Part shown: positions 48,850-61,872 of the stretch, in pieces | Layout of the letters: each line of letters begins with the position of its first letter | How positions within the stretch are numbered: position 1 is the first letter of the stretch | Assembly: GCF_963921235.1 (NCBI RefSeq) | Contig: NC_086097.1 | Coordinates: 243,724,001 to 243,788,000 of the forward strand | From: Mobula hypostoma | Lineage: Eukaryota | Reading direction: 5' to 3' | Length of the DNA stretch: 64,000 nt | Notes under the pieces: model-generated | Told to the model about the DNA's origin: nothing | Seen by the model: only the letters and a program-made list of their open reading frames with translations | The model's database searches: none | Made by a program: the position numbers and the translations under genes

Positions 48850-50340
48850 AGACTTCAAGTGGCATGCAATTGGTGGATGGATCTCCAATCAAGTTGTAGT
48901 ATCAGCCAATCAGGACCCCACAATACTGGCCTTCCTGTTTTTAACATACATATGCCCAATGTGGCTTGTTGTTTGTTGTATTTCACCGTTATGAATGTCA
49001 TTGCCATAGGAGTTACCCTTTCTCCAGTATAAGTTGTTATTTGGCTATCTGCAGGCTTCAGTTCAGTATCTTCACAATGCCATTCATCTTCAAACATTGT
49101 TTTGGAATGACAAACAGCTGAGCCAGTGTCCAATTCCATTTTAATTACTTTGCTGTTCACTTCTGATATAAGCCATGTTGCTTTAATATTGTTAGTTTTC
49201 GCATGGTAAATCCCAAGGCTACTTAGTCCTGTGTCATTCTCATCATTATCAGATTTTTCATCAACACCATGCAGATTAGTGCTCTTTTTGAAATTGCAAA
49301 TTGACTTTTTTATATGATCATAAGACCTTAAGATATAGGAGCAGAATTAGGCCATTTGGCAAATCGAGTCTGCTCTGCCATTTCATCATGGCTGATCTAA
49401 TTTTCTTCTCAGCCCCAGTCTCCTGCCTTCTCCTCATGTCCCTTCATGCCCTGACCAATAAGAATCTATCACCATCTTAAGTATACATAAAGACTTGGCC
49501 TCTGCAGCTGCCTGTGGCAAAGAATTCACCACTCTCTGGCTAAAGAAATTCTTCCTCATATCCATTCTAAAAGGATGCTCCTCTATTCTTTATCTCTTCC
49601 CTTCGTCTTTAAGCCTGCATTAGTCTGGTGTACGTGAGCCCCTGCCTCACCAGTAACACAAATTTTTTCAGCCAGGCAGGTTTCTTTTTAGATGTTGCAA
49701 TTTTGTTCATGTTCACTTTCATTTCTGACTGCAACTCAATTACATCTCTAGCTGATATTTCCATTAATACAGCGATTTCAACCGCTCTTCTAAATGCGAG
49801 TTGTGCTTCAGTTAGGAGCTGTTTTTGAATGCTTTCTTGGCAGATTCCACAAACTATACTTAATCTCTCAGTGTATTACTAAGCCCGTTACTGAACTGAC
49901 AATGCTCAGACAACTTCTTCAATTCAGCTATGCATGCTGAAATGGATTCCCCATCCTTTTGCTTCCACTTACAAAATCTAGAGTGTTCTGGAATCAGCAA
50001 TGGCTTTGGTTATAAATGTTCCTACATTACATTCATGATATCAGCCAAACTCATTTTAGCTGGTCTGGTTGGAGCAGTCAAATTTCTAAGCAAACTATAT
50101 CCTTTCCACCCATTAAATCCAGTAACATCGCCATTCGCTTTTCATTGTCTATTTCATTTTCTTCAGAATGCTCAATTCATTCAGTATACATCATCCAGTT
50201 ATCTGTTGTGCAGTCGAGCTTGTTTATCTTTCTGATGTAGCCAACCATTTCTGCTTTTTAAAAAAAAATTATTATACTCACTGTTTATGAACCTGTGAAT
50301 TTTGTCCCTTATCTGCTTATTTTTTAACTCGACCATCTCT
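48850..50340 (-). mobile_element. Ty3/Gypsy LTR-retrotransposon internal remnant (gag and aspartic protease), split by a CR1 3' end at ~49315-49590
   Basis: Protease motif MELDTGSAV...TTYTGE...GRPVLWGPDWL (48855-49160); gag remnants IAELKKLSEHCQF..LRD..VCGI....IQKQLLTE. Confidence 0.85.
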
Positions 50341-52109
50341 TGTCACCACAAAGGAGGCAGGGGAATAGGGATGAGAGGAATAATAAATGGGTTATGGCAG
50401 ACCAGACTTGATGGTCTGAATGGCCTAATTATGCTCCTATGTCTTGCATTTTAGGAACAGTTACTACCTCTCAACCATCAGGGTCTTGAACCAAATGGGA
50501 TAACTTCACTCAGTTTCACCTGCCCCATCATTGAAATGTTCCCACAACCTATGGACTCACTTTGCAGGACTCTTCATCTCACGTTCTCGATATTTATCGC
50601 TTACTTATTATTATTTCCTTTTTTTGTATTTGCACAGTTTGTTGTTTTCTGCACTCTGGTTGAACACCCTAACTGGGTTGTCTTTCATTGCTTCTGTCAC
50701 GGCTATTATTCTATAGGTTTATTGAGTATGTCCACAAGAACATGAATCTCAGGGTTGTATATGGTGACATTTACGTACATTGATAATAAAGGCTACCTTG
50801 AACTTCCTGTAAATCTCCTACTCTGAGGCTGTGCCCTCAGGTCCTAGACCTCTCCATTATTGATCTGTATGAGCAATACGCAACTCACACAAACACACAC
50901 GCACACACAGTATACAAGACAGATTTTTCACTGTAACTTGGTACATGTGACAATAATGAACCAATTCCAATTCCAAAGCTGTAGACAGAGTTGCAGAATG
51001 TTGTCAGGAATGGAGTGCTATCATTATAAGGAGAGACTGAATAAGATTGGTTTATTTGTAGGAACTTGGGAGGCCAGAGGATGACCATATAGATGTTTAT
51101 AAAATTATGCTGGGCACAGGTAGGATACGTGGTCGGAGATGTTTTCCAAGAGCAGTGCAACCTAGAAATAGAGGACTCAGGTTTAAGGCGAAGGGGAGAA
51201 ATTTAAAGGTGGACTGAGTGAGACAGATGGTCTGGATCGAGCTGTTGAAGGAGATTCAAGAGTCATGTAAAAATTACAAGGCTTCAGTGTTATTTGGTCA
51301 GATAGATAAGAAAAGTGAAGAGGGATATGGATCTAATGCAGGATTAGGAACAGGAATTAAGGTTAAAGTTTAGCTTTATTTGTCACATGTACATCGAAAC
51401 ATATAGTGAAAGGTGTTATTTGTGTCAACCAACACAGACCAAATAGGCTGAAGACAGCCCACAAGTGTCACCATGCTCCCGGTGACAATACATTGACAAA
51501 CTTCTATAGATGTGAGGTGGAGAGTATATTGACAGGGTTGCATCACGGGCTGGTATGGAAACACCAACGTATGGAAAAGCCTACAAAAAGTAGTGGATAC
51601 AGCCCGGTCCATCATGGGTAATTTGCAAAGATTCGGCACGACATCTAAAACTTTGACAAACTTGTACGGAAAAGTAGTGGATACAGCCCAGTCCGTCACG
51701 GATAATGCCATTCCTGCACTAGCATGCCACCTATATTAACTAGTGAAGATAGGCTTTCTGGTTAGCATGGATAAGATGGGCTGAACAGTCCATGTCTGCT
51801 CTGTGCAATGCTGTGATTCTATGTTTACTGTTCCCAGTCATGATGAGACCCCATAGTATATTGAAATGCTTTCATATCTCAAGAGTCATCCCTCAGGAGG
51901 GACAGATACCTGTGATGAAATTCATCATGGTCTTCACTGAACCAGAGCAAGGTTTGGCTAGCTGGAGAAATAAGTTTATATTTTTATTTATTTATCTGGA
52001 GATCCGGCATGGTAGCAGGACCTTCCAGCCCAACAAGGTGAGGGAGGTGAGAGAATTTAAGGCAACCAACAGAAACTCTAAGTAGTCGTAGGAAGAATAT
52101 GTTGGGCCC

Positions 52110-52480
52110 ACGCAGAACCTGCAGAGGATGGTAAAAATCACTGACAGGTTCACCAGGGTGTCCATCCTCCTATCTGTGATATTTACCAGGAGCATTGTAG
52201 TCAAAGGGCCCAAAGCATTGCTGAGGATCCTGACCACCCATCCCACTATCTCGCTGACCACTACCGTCAGGAAAGAGGTACAGGAGCACCAGGACTAACA
52301 CTGCCAGACTGGGTAACAGTTTCTTCCCTCAGGCTGTGAAGCTAATGAATACCCTGCCACCGCCGAGGTCTCATTTACTGTTTAATGTTTAGCTGCGCTG
52401 TGCACTGCATGCATTTTGAATTATATTTCATTAACTTATTTAAGGTTATATTTTGTTTTATGTGTTGTGTGTGATATATG
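52110..52480 (+). mobile_element. Rex1/Babar-like 3' end
   Basis: LQRMVKI..LPSGKRYRS.RT.TARLGNSFFPQAVKL remnant plus tail; an L2-type tail is inserted at ~52615-52690. Confidence 0.75.
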
Positions 52481-52764
52481 CTGTGTTGTTGATGTTGATT
52501 ATATTTATATAATCTGGTATATCCGATACCATTTTATTCTATGTAATGTTTGTCATTACTTATGATCTTTAATTTTGTCTCATATTTTTATGTCTATATT
52601 GATTTATCTTTACGATCTATGTAAAGCACTTTGAGCCTTCATCTTAATGCATGAAAGGTGATATATATGTAAATAAAGTTATTATTAATGTTATTATTTG
52701 TGGATGTACCATGGTCTGGAGGAACATTTTTGCATTTGGTTGCAAACACAGTACAGTTGCACAC

Positions 52765-53218
52765 ATATACAAAGCTGTGGTGCGCCACATCTTTCTACAG
52801 TACTGTATTTGTCAACATGGAGCAGAGTGCGAGCGAATTTGTAAATCTGGTGGGAGCAAAAGATGTTGGGAATGGCGAGGGTGAGGTGCCGCGGGAGGGG
52901 TGTGGGGCAGGTGGCAGAGAAGGAGTGCCCAGGTGGAGATTGGCACGGGTGCAGACACGCCCAGCCCTGAGACACCAGGCGAGGTCACTTGAATCCAAAG
53001 AATTGGTTTAACGATCGTTGCGGAATGTCTCTCTTGTGCTCCTCTGTATCCTCCGCCTTTCTCAAGTGTGATTCCCCTCTCCCTGCCCCCTTCCCACTCT
53101 CAGTCCACAGTCGAGACCCATTTCAAATCAGGTTCATCAGCACTCTCCTATGCCATGAAATTTTTTTTTTTTTTTGCAGCAGTACAGTGCAATCCATAAA
53201 AGTACTACAGTGCTGTGC

Positions 53219-53303
<85 letters not shown>

Positions 53304-53325
53304 ATCTCAGACTTTTGCACAGTAC
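52765..53325 (+). mobile_element. Composite repeat bounded by miniature Tc1-type TIR cassettes, copy 1
   Basis: CAGTACTGTATTTGTC..body..TACAGTGCTGTGCAAAA(TC)n(TA)n..ACTTTTGCACAGTAC; reverse complement of 56835-57345. Confidence 0.75.
53223..53306. repeat. (TC)n(TA)n compound microsatellite
   Basis: Pure TC run followed by TA run, inside a Tc1-like TIR pair. Confidence 0.95.
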
Positions 53326-53529
53326 GGTGTGTGCAGTCAGATGACAATTAACTTCAACTTGAATTTGAACCTGACAGCTCCAGAGGTTCTTGTCATTACT
53401 AAACTGATAAAATGCCATGACTGTTAAATTATTTACAGCCTTCGTTACCCTGAGCAAACTTCTCTTTTTCATTTATCTGTGTTCCTTCCAGCCCTGCGTG
53501 TCTCTGCAACATAAACACTTTACCGCTAT

Positions 53530-53750
53530 TTTTGTTTATTTCGAGATGCAGCTCGGTGACAGGCCCTTTCAGACCAACGAGCCTGCACCACCCAGTTGCA
53601 CCCACGGGACCAATTCGCCTGCTAGCCTGCCGTCTTTGGAACGTGGGAGGAAACCGGAGCATCCGGAGGAAATCCATGAGGTCACAGGGAGAAAGTACAG
53701 AGAGCGGCAGCGTAGAAACCGGGTCACTGCCGCTGTCATAGCATCACACT
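53530..53750 (-). mobile_element. V-SINE
   Basis: TTTGGAACGTGGGAGGAAACCGGAGCATCCGGAGGAAATCCATG. Confidence 0.8.
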
Positions 53751-53751
53751 T

Positions 53752-55605
53752 GGCCCTTCGAGTCTGCTCCACCATTCCATCATGGCTGATCTATTATCTC
53801 TCTTAACTGCATTCTCCTGCCTTTTCCCACCACCTCTGACACCCTTACTAATCAATAAAATTTCAACTTCCACTTTAAATACACAGAATGACTTGGCCTC
53901 CACAGCCACCTGTGGCAATGAATACCACAGATTTACCACAATCTGGCTAAAGAAATTCCCCCTCATTTCTGTTCTAAATGGACATCCCTCTTGTCTGAGG
54001 CTGTGCCCTAGACTCATTCTAAATCGGAAATATCCTCTCCACATCCACTCTATCGTGGCCTTTCAATATTCAATAGGTTTCAATAAGATCCCCCGCTAAT
54101 TCTTGTAAACTCCAGTGATTACAGTCTCAGACCCATCAAACACTCCTCATATGTTAACACTTTCATTCCCAGAGTCATTCTCATGAACCTCCTCTGGAGC
54201 CTCTCCAATGCCAGTACATCTTTTCTTAGATTAGTACTCACAATACTCCTTGTGGTCTGACCAATGCCTTATAATTACAATGCATGGATTCTTGATTACC
54301 TGACTGGCAGACCATAGTACGTGTGCTTGCAACACTGTGTGTCCGACAGAGTGATCAGCAGCACTGGGGCTCCACAGGGGACTGTCTTGTCTCCCTTTCT
54401 CTTCACCATTTACACCTCAGACTTCAACTACTACACAGAGTCTTGTCATCTTCAGAAGTTTTCTGCTGACTCTGCCATAGTTGGATGCATCAGCAAGGGA
54501 GATGAGGCTGAGTACAGGGCTACGGTAGGAAACTTTGTCACATGGTGTGAGCAGAATTATCTGCAGCTTAATGTGAAAAAGACTAAGGAGCTGGTGGTAG
54601 ACCTGAGGAGAGCTAAGGTACTGGCGACCCCTGTTTCCATCCAGGGGGTCAGTGTGGACATGGTGGAGGATTACAAATACCTGGGGATACGAATTGACAA
54701 TAAACTGGACTGGTCAAAGAACACTGAGGCTGTCTACAAGAAGGGTCAGAGCCGTCTCTATTTCCTGAGGAGACTGAGGTTCTTTAACATCTGTCGGACG
54801 ATGCTGAGGATGTTCTACGAGAATGTGGTGGCCAGTGCGATCATGTTTGCTGTTGTGTGCTGGGGCAGCAGGCTGAGGGTAGCAGACACCAACAGAATCA
54901 ACAAACTCATCCGTAAGGCCAGTGATGTTGTGGGGATGGAACTGGACTCTCTGACAGTGGTGTCGGAAAAGAGGATGCTGTCCAAGTTGCATGCCATCTT
55001 GGACAATGTCTCCCATCCACTACATAATGTACTGGTTGGGCACAGGAGTACATTCAGCCAGAGACTCATTCCACCGAGATGCAACACAGAGCGTCATAGG
55101 AAGTCATTCCTGCCTGTGGCCATCAAACTTTACAACTCCTCCCTTGGAGGGTCAGACACCCTGAGCCAATAGGCTGGTCCTGGACTTATTTCCTGGCATA
55201 ATTTACATATTACTATTTAACTATTTATGGTCTTATAACTATTTAATTATTTATGGTGCAACTGTAACGAAAACTAATTTCCCCCGGGATCAATAAAGTA
55301 TGACTATGATTATAAACTTCAGCATTGCATCCTTGTCCTTATATTCTAGACCTCTCAAAATGAAAGCTAACATTGCATTTGCCTTCCCCACTACTGTGTC
55401 AACCTGCATGTTTACCTTTAGGGAAACCTACACAAGGACTCCCTAGTCCCTTTGCAGCCCTGACTTTTGAATTTTCTCCTGTTTAGAAAATAGCATAAGC
55501 CTTTATTCCTTCTACCAACTTGCATGACCATTCACTTCCCTAAATGATATTCCATCTGCCACTTCTTTGCCCGTTCTCCCAATCCGTTTAAATCCTTCTG
55601 CAGAC
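53752..55605 (-). mobile_element. CR1 LINE 3' half, split by a Rex1 insertion
   Basis: Antisense CR1 at 53752-54275 resumes at 55310 (CCAATGCCTTATAA / TTATAAACTTCAGCATT). Confidence 0.85.
54276..55309 (+). mobile_element. Rex1/Babar LINE, 5'-truncated, with an uninterrupted RT C-terminal frame (54321-55172)
   Basis: STGAPQGTVLSPFLF, QKFSADS, YKYLGIRIDNKLDW, KKGQSRLYFLRRLR, RKSFLPVAIKLYN; tail CAATAAAGTATGACTATG; TTATAA duplicated at both ends. Confidence 0.93.
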
Positions 55606-56131
55606 TACTTCTTGTGCTGTGGATGAACTGAAAGTTAATATATGCAAATCATGTGATATTCCTGCAATATTATTCATGTTCTGTGCTCTGGACAGACATT
55701 GGTCAGCATGGGTTCATGGGGCCGAAGAGCCTGTGTTGTGCTATATGGCTCTATGTCTCTATGACCAGGTTACTAAAACATCTGCCTTTCACAGTCAGTA
55801 CCGACCACACTCAGTGTATAAATGAGTCCCACAAGGCACTGCCTTGTCTTATTTTAGGTATTTTTTTTTCTCAATTAGACTCATAACTGTCTCCAAAACA
55901 TGATCTGCCAAAACAGAGCTTTCAAATGAAATGTCAAAAGAAATAACCCCTCAATATGCAGCTGAAGCTGACAGCTATTCTCTGATGACACAAATGACAC
56001 AACGTACCTTTACTGCGCGCCAGGGTCAGAATCAGGTTTACTCTCACTGCGGTGAAGTTTATTGTTCTTGGTGTAAAGTCAGTAGGGTATAATGTTGAGA
56101 CGGGCTAAAGCAAGAACTTAATGATTCAATC

Positions 56132-56660
56132 ACAAACAATCTGCAGATGCTGGAAATCCGAGCAACACACACAAAATGGTTGAGGAACTCAGCAGGACAT
56201 CGATGGAAAAGAGTAGATTCAACATTACAGACCCTTCGGCAGGACTGGAGAAGAGAAGCAGAGTTAGAAGGTGGGAGGAGGGGAGGGAGGAACACAAGGT
56301 GATAGGTGAATCTGGTAGTGGGGGAGTTGAAGTGAAGAGTTGGGAAGTTGGTTGGTAAAAGAGATACAGGGCTGGAGAAGGGGGAACCTAAAGGAAAAGG
56401 ACAAGAGGCACTGGAAGGTAGAAAAGGGGAAGGAGCACCAGAGGGAGGTGATGAGCAGGCGAGAAGATAAGGTGAGAGAGGGGAAAAAGGGATGGGAAAT
56501 GGTGAAGGGTGGGGGAACCGTTATTGGAAGATTTCTCGAAGACTCCTCATCTTTTTTTTCTCCAGTCCTGCTGAAGGAACTCGGCCTGAAATGTCGACTA
56601 TCCTCTTTTCCATGGATGCTGCCTGGCCCGCTGAGTTCCTCCAGGATTTTGTGTGTGTTC
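56132..56660. mobile_element. Penelope terminal repeat (minus) with an inverted partial copy (plus)
   Basis: ATCTGCAGATGCTGGAAAT..GGAACTCAGCAGG at 56140-56195 and GATGCTGCCTGGCCCGCTGAGTTCC at ~56615; hammerhead-like core at ~56566. Confidence 0.75.
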
Positions 56661-56834
56661 ATATAATGATTCAGTTTGATCAGAATTTCTTGACATATGT
56701 TCTTGACAAAATATAATTATATAACCTATTTCAATATATGAAAACTGTTCCTAGTTTCAATCATCCCATTGTAATCAAATGAAGACATAATGTTTGCTCA
56801 TGATATGTTTATCTGATCTATCTATTTATTTATT

Positions 56835-57345
56835 TACAGTGCTTTGCAAAAGTCTTAGGCACATACAGTGTATATAGTCAGGATGCCTAAGACTTTTGCA
56901 CAGTTCTGTAGTAATTTTATGTATTGCACTGCACTGATGCCACAAAAAAAATCATGACATTTGTGAGTGATGATAAACCTGATTCTGATTTGGGTCTCAT
57001 TGTGGACTGAGAGTGGGAAGGGGACAGGGAGAGGGGAATCATGGTTGGGAAAAGAGGGAGGGAGAGGGGAGGGAGCAGGAAGCACCAGAGAGACATTTTG
57101 TAATGATCAATTGTTTGGAATCAAATGAACTTGCCTGATGTCTCAAGGCTTGCTGCGTCTGCACCGGATCCACCTCCCGTCCCCGGCACTCCTTCTCTGC
57201 CACCTGTCCCACACCCCTCCCGTGGCGCTCCACCCTCGCCGTTCCCAATATCCTTTGCTCACGCCAGATTTACAAACTTGCTCTCTGCTCTACAGTGACA
57301 AATACAGTACTGTGAAAAAGTCTAAGACACCTTAGCTGTATATAT
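56835..57345 (-). mobile_element. Composite repeat bounded by miniature Tc1-type TIR cassettes, copy 2 (inverted relative to copy 1)
   Basis: TACAGTGCTTTGCAAAAGTCTTAGGCAC..GCCTAAGACTTTTGCACAGTTCTGTA at the left and TACAGTACTGTGAAAAAGTCTAAGACAC at the right. Confidence 0.78.
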
Positions 57346-57362
57346 GGATACATATAAGTACT

Positions 57363-57523
57363 GCAAACACGAGGAAATCTGCAGATGCTGGAATTTCAAG
57401 CAACACACATAAAGCAGGCCAGGCAGCATCTCTAGGAAGAGGTACAAACGTCATCTCTAGGAAAACGTCGACTGTACCTCTTCCTGGAGATGCTGCCTGG
57501 CCTGCTGCGTTTATGTGTGTTGC
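57363..57523. mobile_element. Palindromic Penelope-terminal-repeat mini-element
   Basis: GCAACACACATAAAGCAGGCCAGGCAGCATCTCTAGGAAGAGGTACA and reverse complement; TACATATAAGTACTG duplicated on both sides. Confidence 0.85.
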
Positions 57524-57559
57524 TACATATAAGTACTGTATTTATTTGGGCGCTGTCTA

Positions 57560-57740
57560 ATAACCCCCATGTAACAATTAACCTAATAACCCATACATCT
57601 TTGGAATGTGGGAGGAAACCGAAGTACCTGGAGGAAATCTAGTGGTCACAGGGAGAACGTACAAACTCCTTCCAGACAGCAGTGGGACTTGAACCCTCTG
57701 CACTGTAATGGCATTAGGCTAACCGCTACACCACTGTGCT
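57560..57740 (-). mobile_element. V-SINE fragment
   Basis: TTTGGAATGTGGGAGGAAACCGAAGTACCTGGAGG; GGACTTGAACCC. Confidence 0.75.
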
Positions 57741-58914
57741 GTTTAACGCTGTGCCTGAAAATACTTTAAGTGCCAAGAACTTCGGTGGATTGTTGAATTT
57801 TCTTTGCAGTTGTGGTTGCTTCAGAGGTTACTGGTGAGTGAAACTTTCCCAGAATCTTACTGCTTAGAGTTTGACTTGCCATCAAGGACGTACATTAGGA
57901 AAAGTGCTGGAAGAGAGCCAGTAACATCAGGAAGGATCCCACCCACCCTGCTCATGGACTGTTTGTCCCACTCCCATCAGGGAGGAGGCTACCAGGTCAC
58001 CAGACTCAAAATCAGTTACTTTCCCCAAGTTGTAAGATGACTTCCGAGTCCCCTTTGCACCTCAGGTTTTTAAACTTTGAAAATAGTCTACGTTTTTATT
58101 TCTTCTTCCAATGTGTGTGCCCATATATTTTGGTAGAAGAAAGTGTGACCTGAAGCCAGGAGATGGAACAAAGCAGGAACACAAAATAACCTTTATTTAG
58201 TAAAACCACACATCCAAACAAAACAATCAGTGAAAGTCAACCTGGGATTGACTGTCAGCTAGACAAAAGCGTACGTTGTTTCAGCTCACTGTAATAGTAG
58301 GCGACCTCTTTATTTAATATAAATTCTTTCTCTATAGAGTCAGAGATAGAGTCATTCAGTTTTATTGGCTGTTCAGGCTTCTATTTCCATGCCAACCATT
58401 TCTGTCATCCATAGTAACCCCATCTACTGCCATTCGATCTGTATCCCTCAATGCCTTGCCTCTATTTAAGTGCTAGTCTTAAAGCACAGTAATTTTACCA
58501 CCTTTGTCAGTGAATTCCAGATATCAACCAATCTCTGTGTAAAAATAAAGCTCTGTTTCATCCAAATCAACTCCCCCACCCAACATACACGCACACAGTC
58601 CTCCAACCCCAGGACAGGCTATTAGGCCTCCAGGCCTCCAGCTTCCAGTGGATTTGCAGACTCACAGGTCACTGACTTCCAGTGAGCATCCGAAAAACTT
58701 CAAACTCATAGACCCAGGGCTTCAGATTCTGGACTTCTGATTGACCTTTGGGCTTCAGTCTTCGCTATCAACCCCAAGACTAGCCAATGGCTGGACCCCG
58801 AAAACCAGGCCTTAAACTCTGGATTCACCAATTACATGAACTTGAACTACAGGCCCGAAACTCCAGTCTTACTGAAGTTCAAGGAGATTTGCAAATTTGT
58901 CAGGAAATGCTTCT

Positions 58915-61707
58915 GGGGTGGCAGTGGAGTGATACAATACAGGTACAATAGTGGCCATTACAGAGACTTGGCTGGCACCAGGGCAGGAATGGATTCTCAA
59001 TATTCCTGGATTTCAGTGCTTTAAAAGGGATAGAGAGGGGGGAAAGGGGAGGAGGGGTGGCATTACTGGTCAGGGCTACTATTACAGCTACAGAAAGGGT
59101 GTGTAATGTAGCAGGATCCTCTTTTGAGTCAGTACGGGTAGAAGTCAGGAACAGGAAGGGAGCAGTTACTCTATTGGGGGTATTCTATAGGCCCCCTGGT
59201 AGCAGCAGAGATACTGAGGAGCAGATTGGGAGGCAGATTTTGAAAAGGTGCAAACATAACAGGGTTGTTATCATGGGTGACTTTAACTTCCCTAATATTG
59301 ATTGGCACCTGATTAGTTCCAACGGCTTAGACGGGGGAGATTGTTAAGTGTGTCCAGGACGGATTCCTGTCACAGTATGTTGACAGGCTGACTAAGGGGG
59401 AATGCCATACTAGATCAAGTATTAGGTAACGAACCGGGTCAGGTCACAGATCTGTCAGTGGGTGAGCATCTGGGGGACAGAGACCACTGCTCCCTGGCCT
59501 TGAGCGTTATCATGGAAAAGGATAGAATCAGAGAGGACAGGAAAATTTTTAATTGGGGAAAGGCAAATTATGAGGCTTTAAGGCTTGAACTTGCGGGTGT
59601 GAATTGAGATGATGTTTTTGCAGGGAAGTGTACTATGGACATGTGGTCGATGTTTAGGGATCTCTTGCAGGATGTTAGGAATAAATTTGTCCCAGTGAGG
59701 AAGATAAAGAATGGTAGTGTGAAGGAACCATGAGTGACAAGTGAGGTGGAAAATCTAGTCAGGTGGAAGAAGGAAGCATACATGAGGTTTAGGAAGCAAG
59801 GATCAGATGGGTCTATTGAGGAATATAGGGAAGCAAGAAAGGAGCTTAAGAAAGGGCTGAGAAGAGCAAGAAGGGGACATGAGAAGGCCTTGGCAAGTAG
59901 AGTAAAGGAAAACCCCAAGACATTCTTCAATTATGTGAAGAACAAAAGGATGACAGGAGTGAAGTAGGACCGATTAGAGATAAAGGTGGAAAGATGTGCA
60001 TGGAGGCTGTGGAAGAGGGTGACACCCTCAATGAATACTTATCTTCGGTATTCACCAATGAGAGGGAACTTGATGACGGTGAGGACAATATGAGTGGGGT
60101 TAATGTTCTGGAGCATGTTGATATTAAGGGAGAGGAGGTGTTGGAGTTATTAAAATACATTAGTACGGATAAGTCCGCAGGACCTGATGGAATGTTCCTC
60201 AGGCTGCTCCACGAGGTGAGGAAAGAGGTGGCTGAGCCTCTGGCTAGGATCTTTATGTCCTCATTGTCTACTGGAATGGTACCAGAGGATTGGAGGGAGG
60301 CGAATGTTGTCCCCTTGTTCGAAAAAGGCAGTAGGGATAGTCCGGGTAATTATAGACCAGTAAGCCTTACATCTATGGTGGGAAAGCTGTTGGAAAAGAT
60401 TCTTAGAGATAGGATCTATAGGCATTTAGAGAATCATGGTCTGATCAGGGACAGTCAGCATGGCTTTGTGAAGGGCAGATCGTGTCTAACAAGCCTGATA
60501 GAGTTCTTTGAGGAGGTGACCAGGCATATAGATGAGGGTAGTGCAGTGGATGTGATCCACATGGATTTTAGTAAGGCATTTGACAAGGTTCCACACAGTA
60601 GGCTTATTCAGAAAGTTAGAAGGCATGGGATCCAGGGAAGTTTGGCCAGGTGAATTCAGAATTGGCTTGCCTGCAGAAAGCAAACGGTCATGGTGGAGGG
60701 AGTACATTCAGATTGGAGGGTTGTGACTAGTGGTGTCCCACAAGAATCAGTTCTGGGACCTCTACTTTTCATGATTTTTATTAATGACCTGGATGTGGGG
60801 GTAGAAGGGTGGGTTGGCAAGTTTGCAGATGACACAAAAGTTGATGATATTGTGGATGGTGTAGAGGATTGTCGAAAATTGCAGAGAGACATTGATAGGA
60901 TGCAGAAGTGGGCTGAGAAGTGGCAAATGGAGTTCAACCTGGAGAAGTGTGAGGTGGTACACTTTGGAAGGACAAACTCCAAGGCAGAGTACAAAGTAAA
61001 TGGTAGGTTACTTGGTAGTGTGGAGGAGCAGAGGGATCTGGGGGTACATGTCCACAGATCCCTGTAATTTGCCTCACAGGTAGATAGGGTAGTTAAGAAA
61101 GCTTATGGGGTGTTAGCCTTCAGAAGTCGAGGGATAGAGTTTAAGAGTCCCGAGGTAATGATGCAGCTCTATAAAACTCTGGTTAGGCCACACTTGGAGT
61201 ACTGTGTCCAGATCTGGTCGCCTCACTATAGGAAGGATGTGGAAAAGGTACAGAGGAGATTTACCAGGATGCTGCCTGGTTTAGAGAGTATGGATTATGA
61301 TCAGAGATTAAGGGAGCTGGGGCTTTAAACTTTGGAGAGAAGGAGGATGAGAGGAGACATGATAGAGGTATAGAAGAGATTAAGAGGAATAGATAGAGTG
61401 ATAGCCAGTGCCTCTTCCCCAGGTCACCACTGCTCAATACAAGAGGACATGGCTTTAAGGTAAGGGGTGGAAAGTTCAAGGGGGATATTAGAGGAAGGTT
61501 TTTTACTCAGAGAGTGGTTGGTGCATGGAATACAGTGCCTGAGTCCGTGGTGGAGGCAGATACACTAGTGAAATTTAAGAGACTACTAGACAGGTATATG
61601 GAGGAATTTAAGGTGGACCGGTTATATGGGAGGTCGGGCTTTAGGGTCGGCACAACATTGTGGGCTGAAGGGCCTGTACTGTGCTGTACAGTTCTATGTT
61701 CTATGTG
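58915..61707 (+). mobile_element. CR1 LINE with near-complete ORF2 (APE endonuclease, RT, 3' tail), disrupted by stops and frameshifts
   Basis: GVFYRPP, MGDFNFPNIDW (59057-59347); PEDWREANV, NYRPVSLTS, QHGF, DFSKAFDKVPH (59994-60653); GVPQESVLGP, KFADDTK (60690-61067); tail TTCTATGTTCTATG. Confidence 0.96.
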
Positions 61708-61872
61708 GTAAGTGTTTAAGAGGTTCTTAGGTACACACATGATTGGAACAAAATGGTCCATGTGCAGGTAGAAGGGATTAGGTATCACTGGCTCAGTTAG
61801 TTCAGCACAACTTTGTGGGCTGAAGGACCTGTTCCTGTGTGGCTCTGTGGCATATCTCAAGTGAGCTATTTG

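Noticed and set aside
52989..53427. ORFs with SLSLSL / YIYIYI runs
   Set aside because: Translation of the (TC)n(TA)n microsatellite.
58915..61707. Active autonomous CR1
   Set aside because: Multiple stops and frameshifts, and no ORF1 or 5' UTR.
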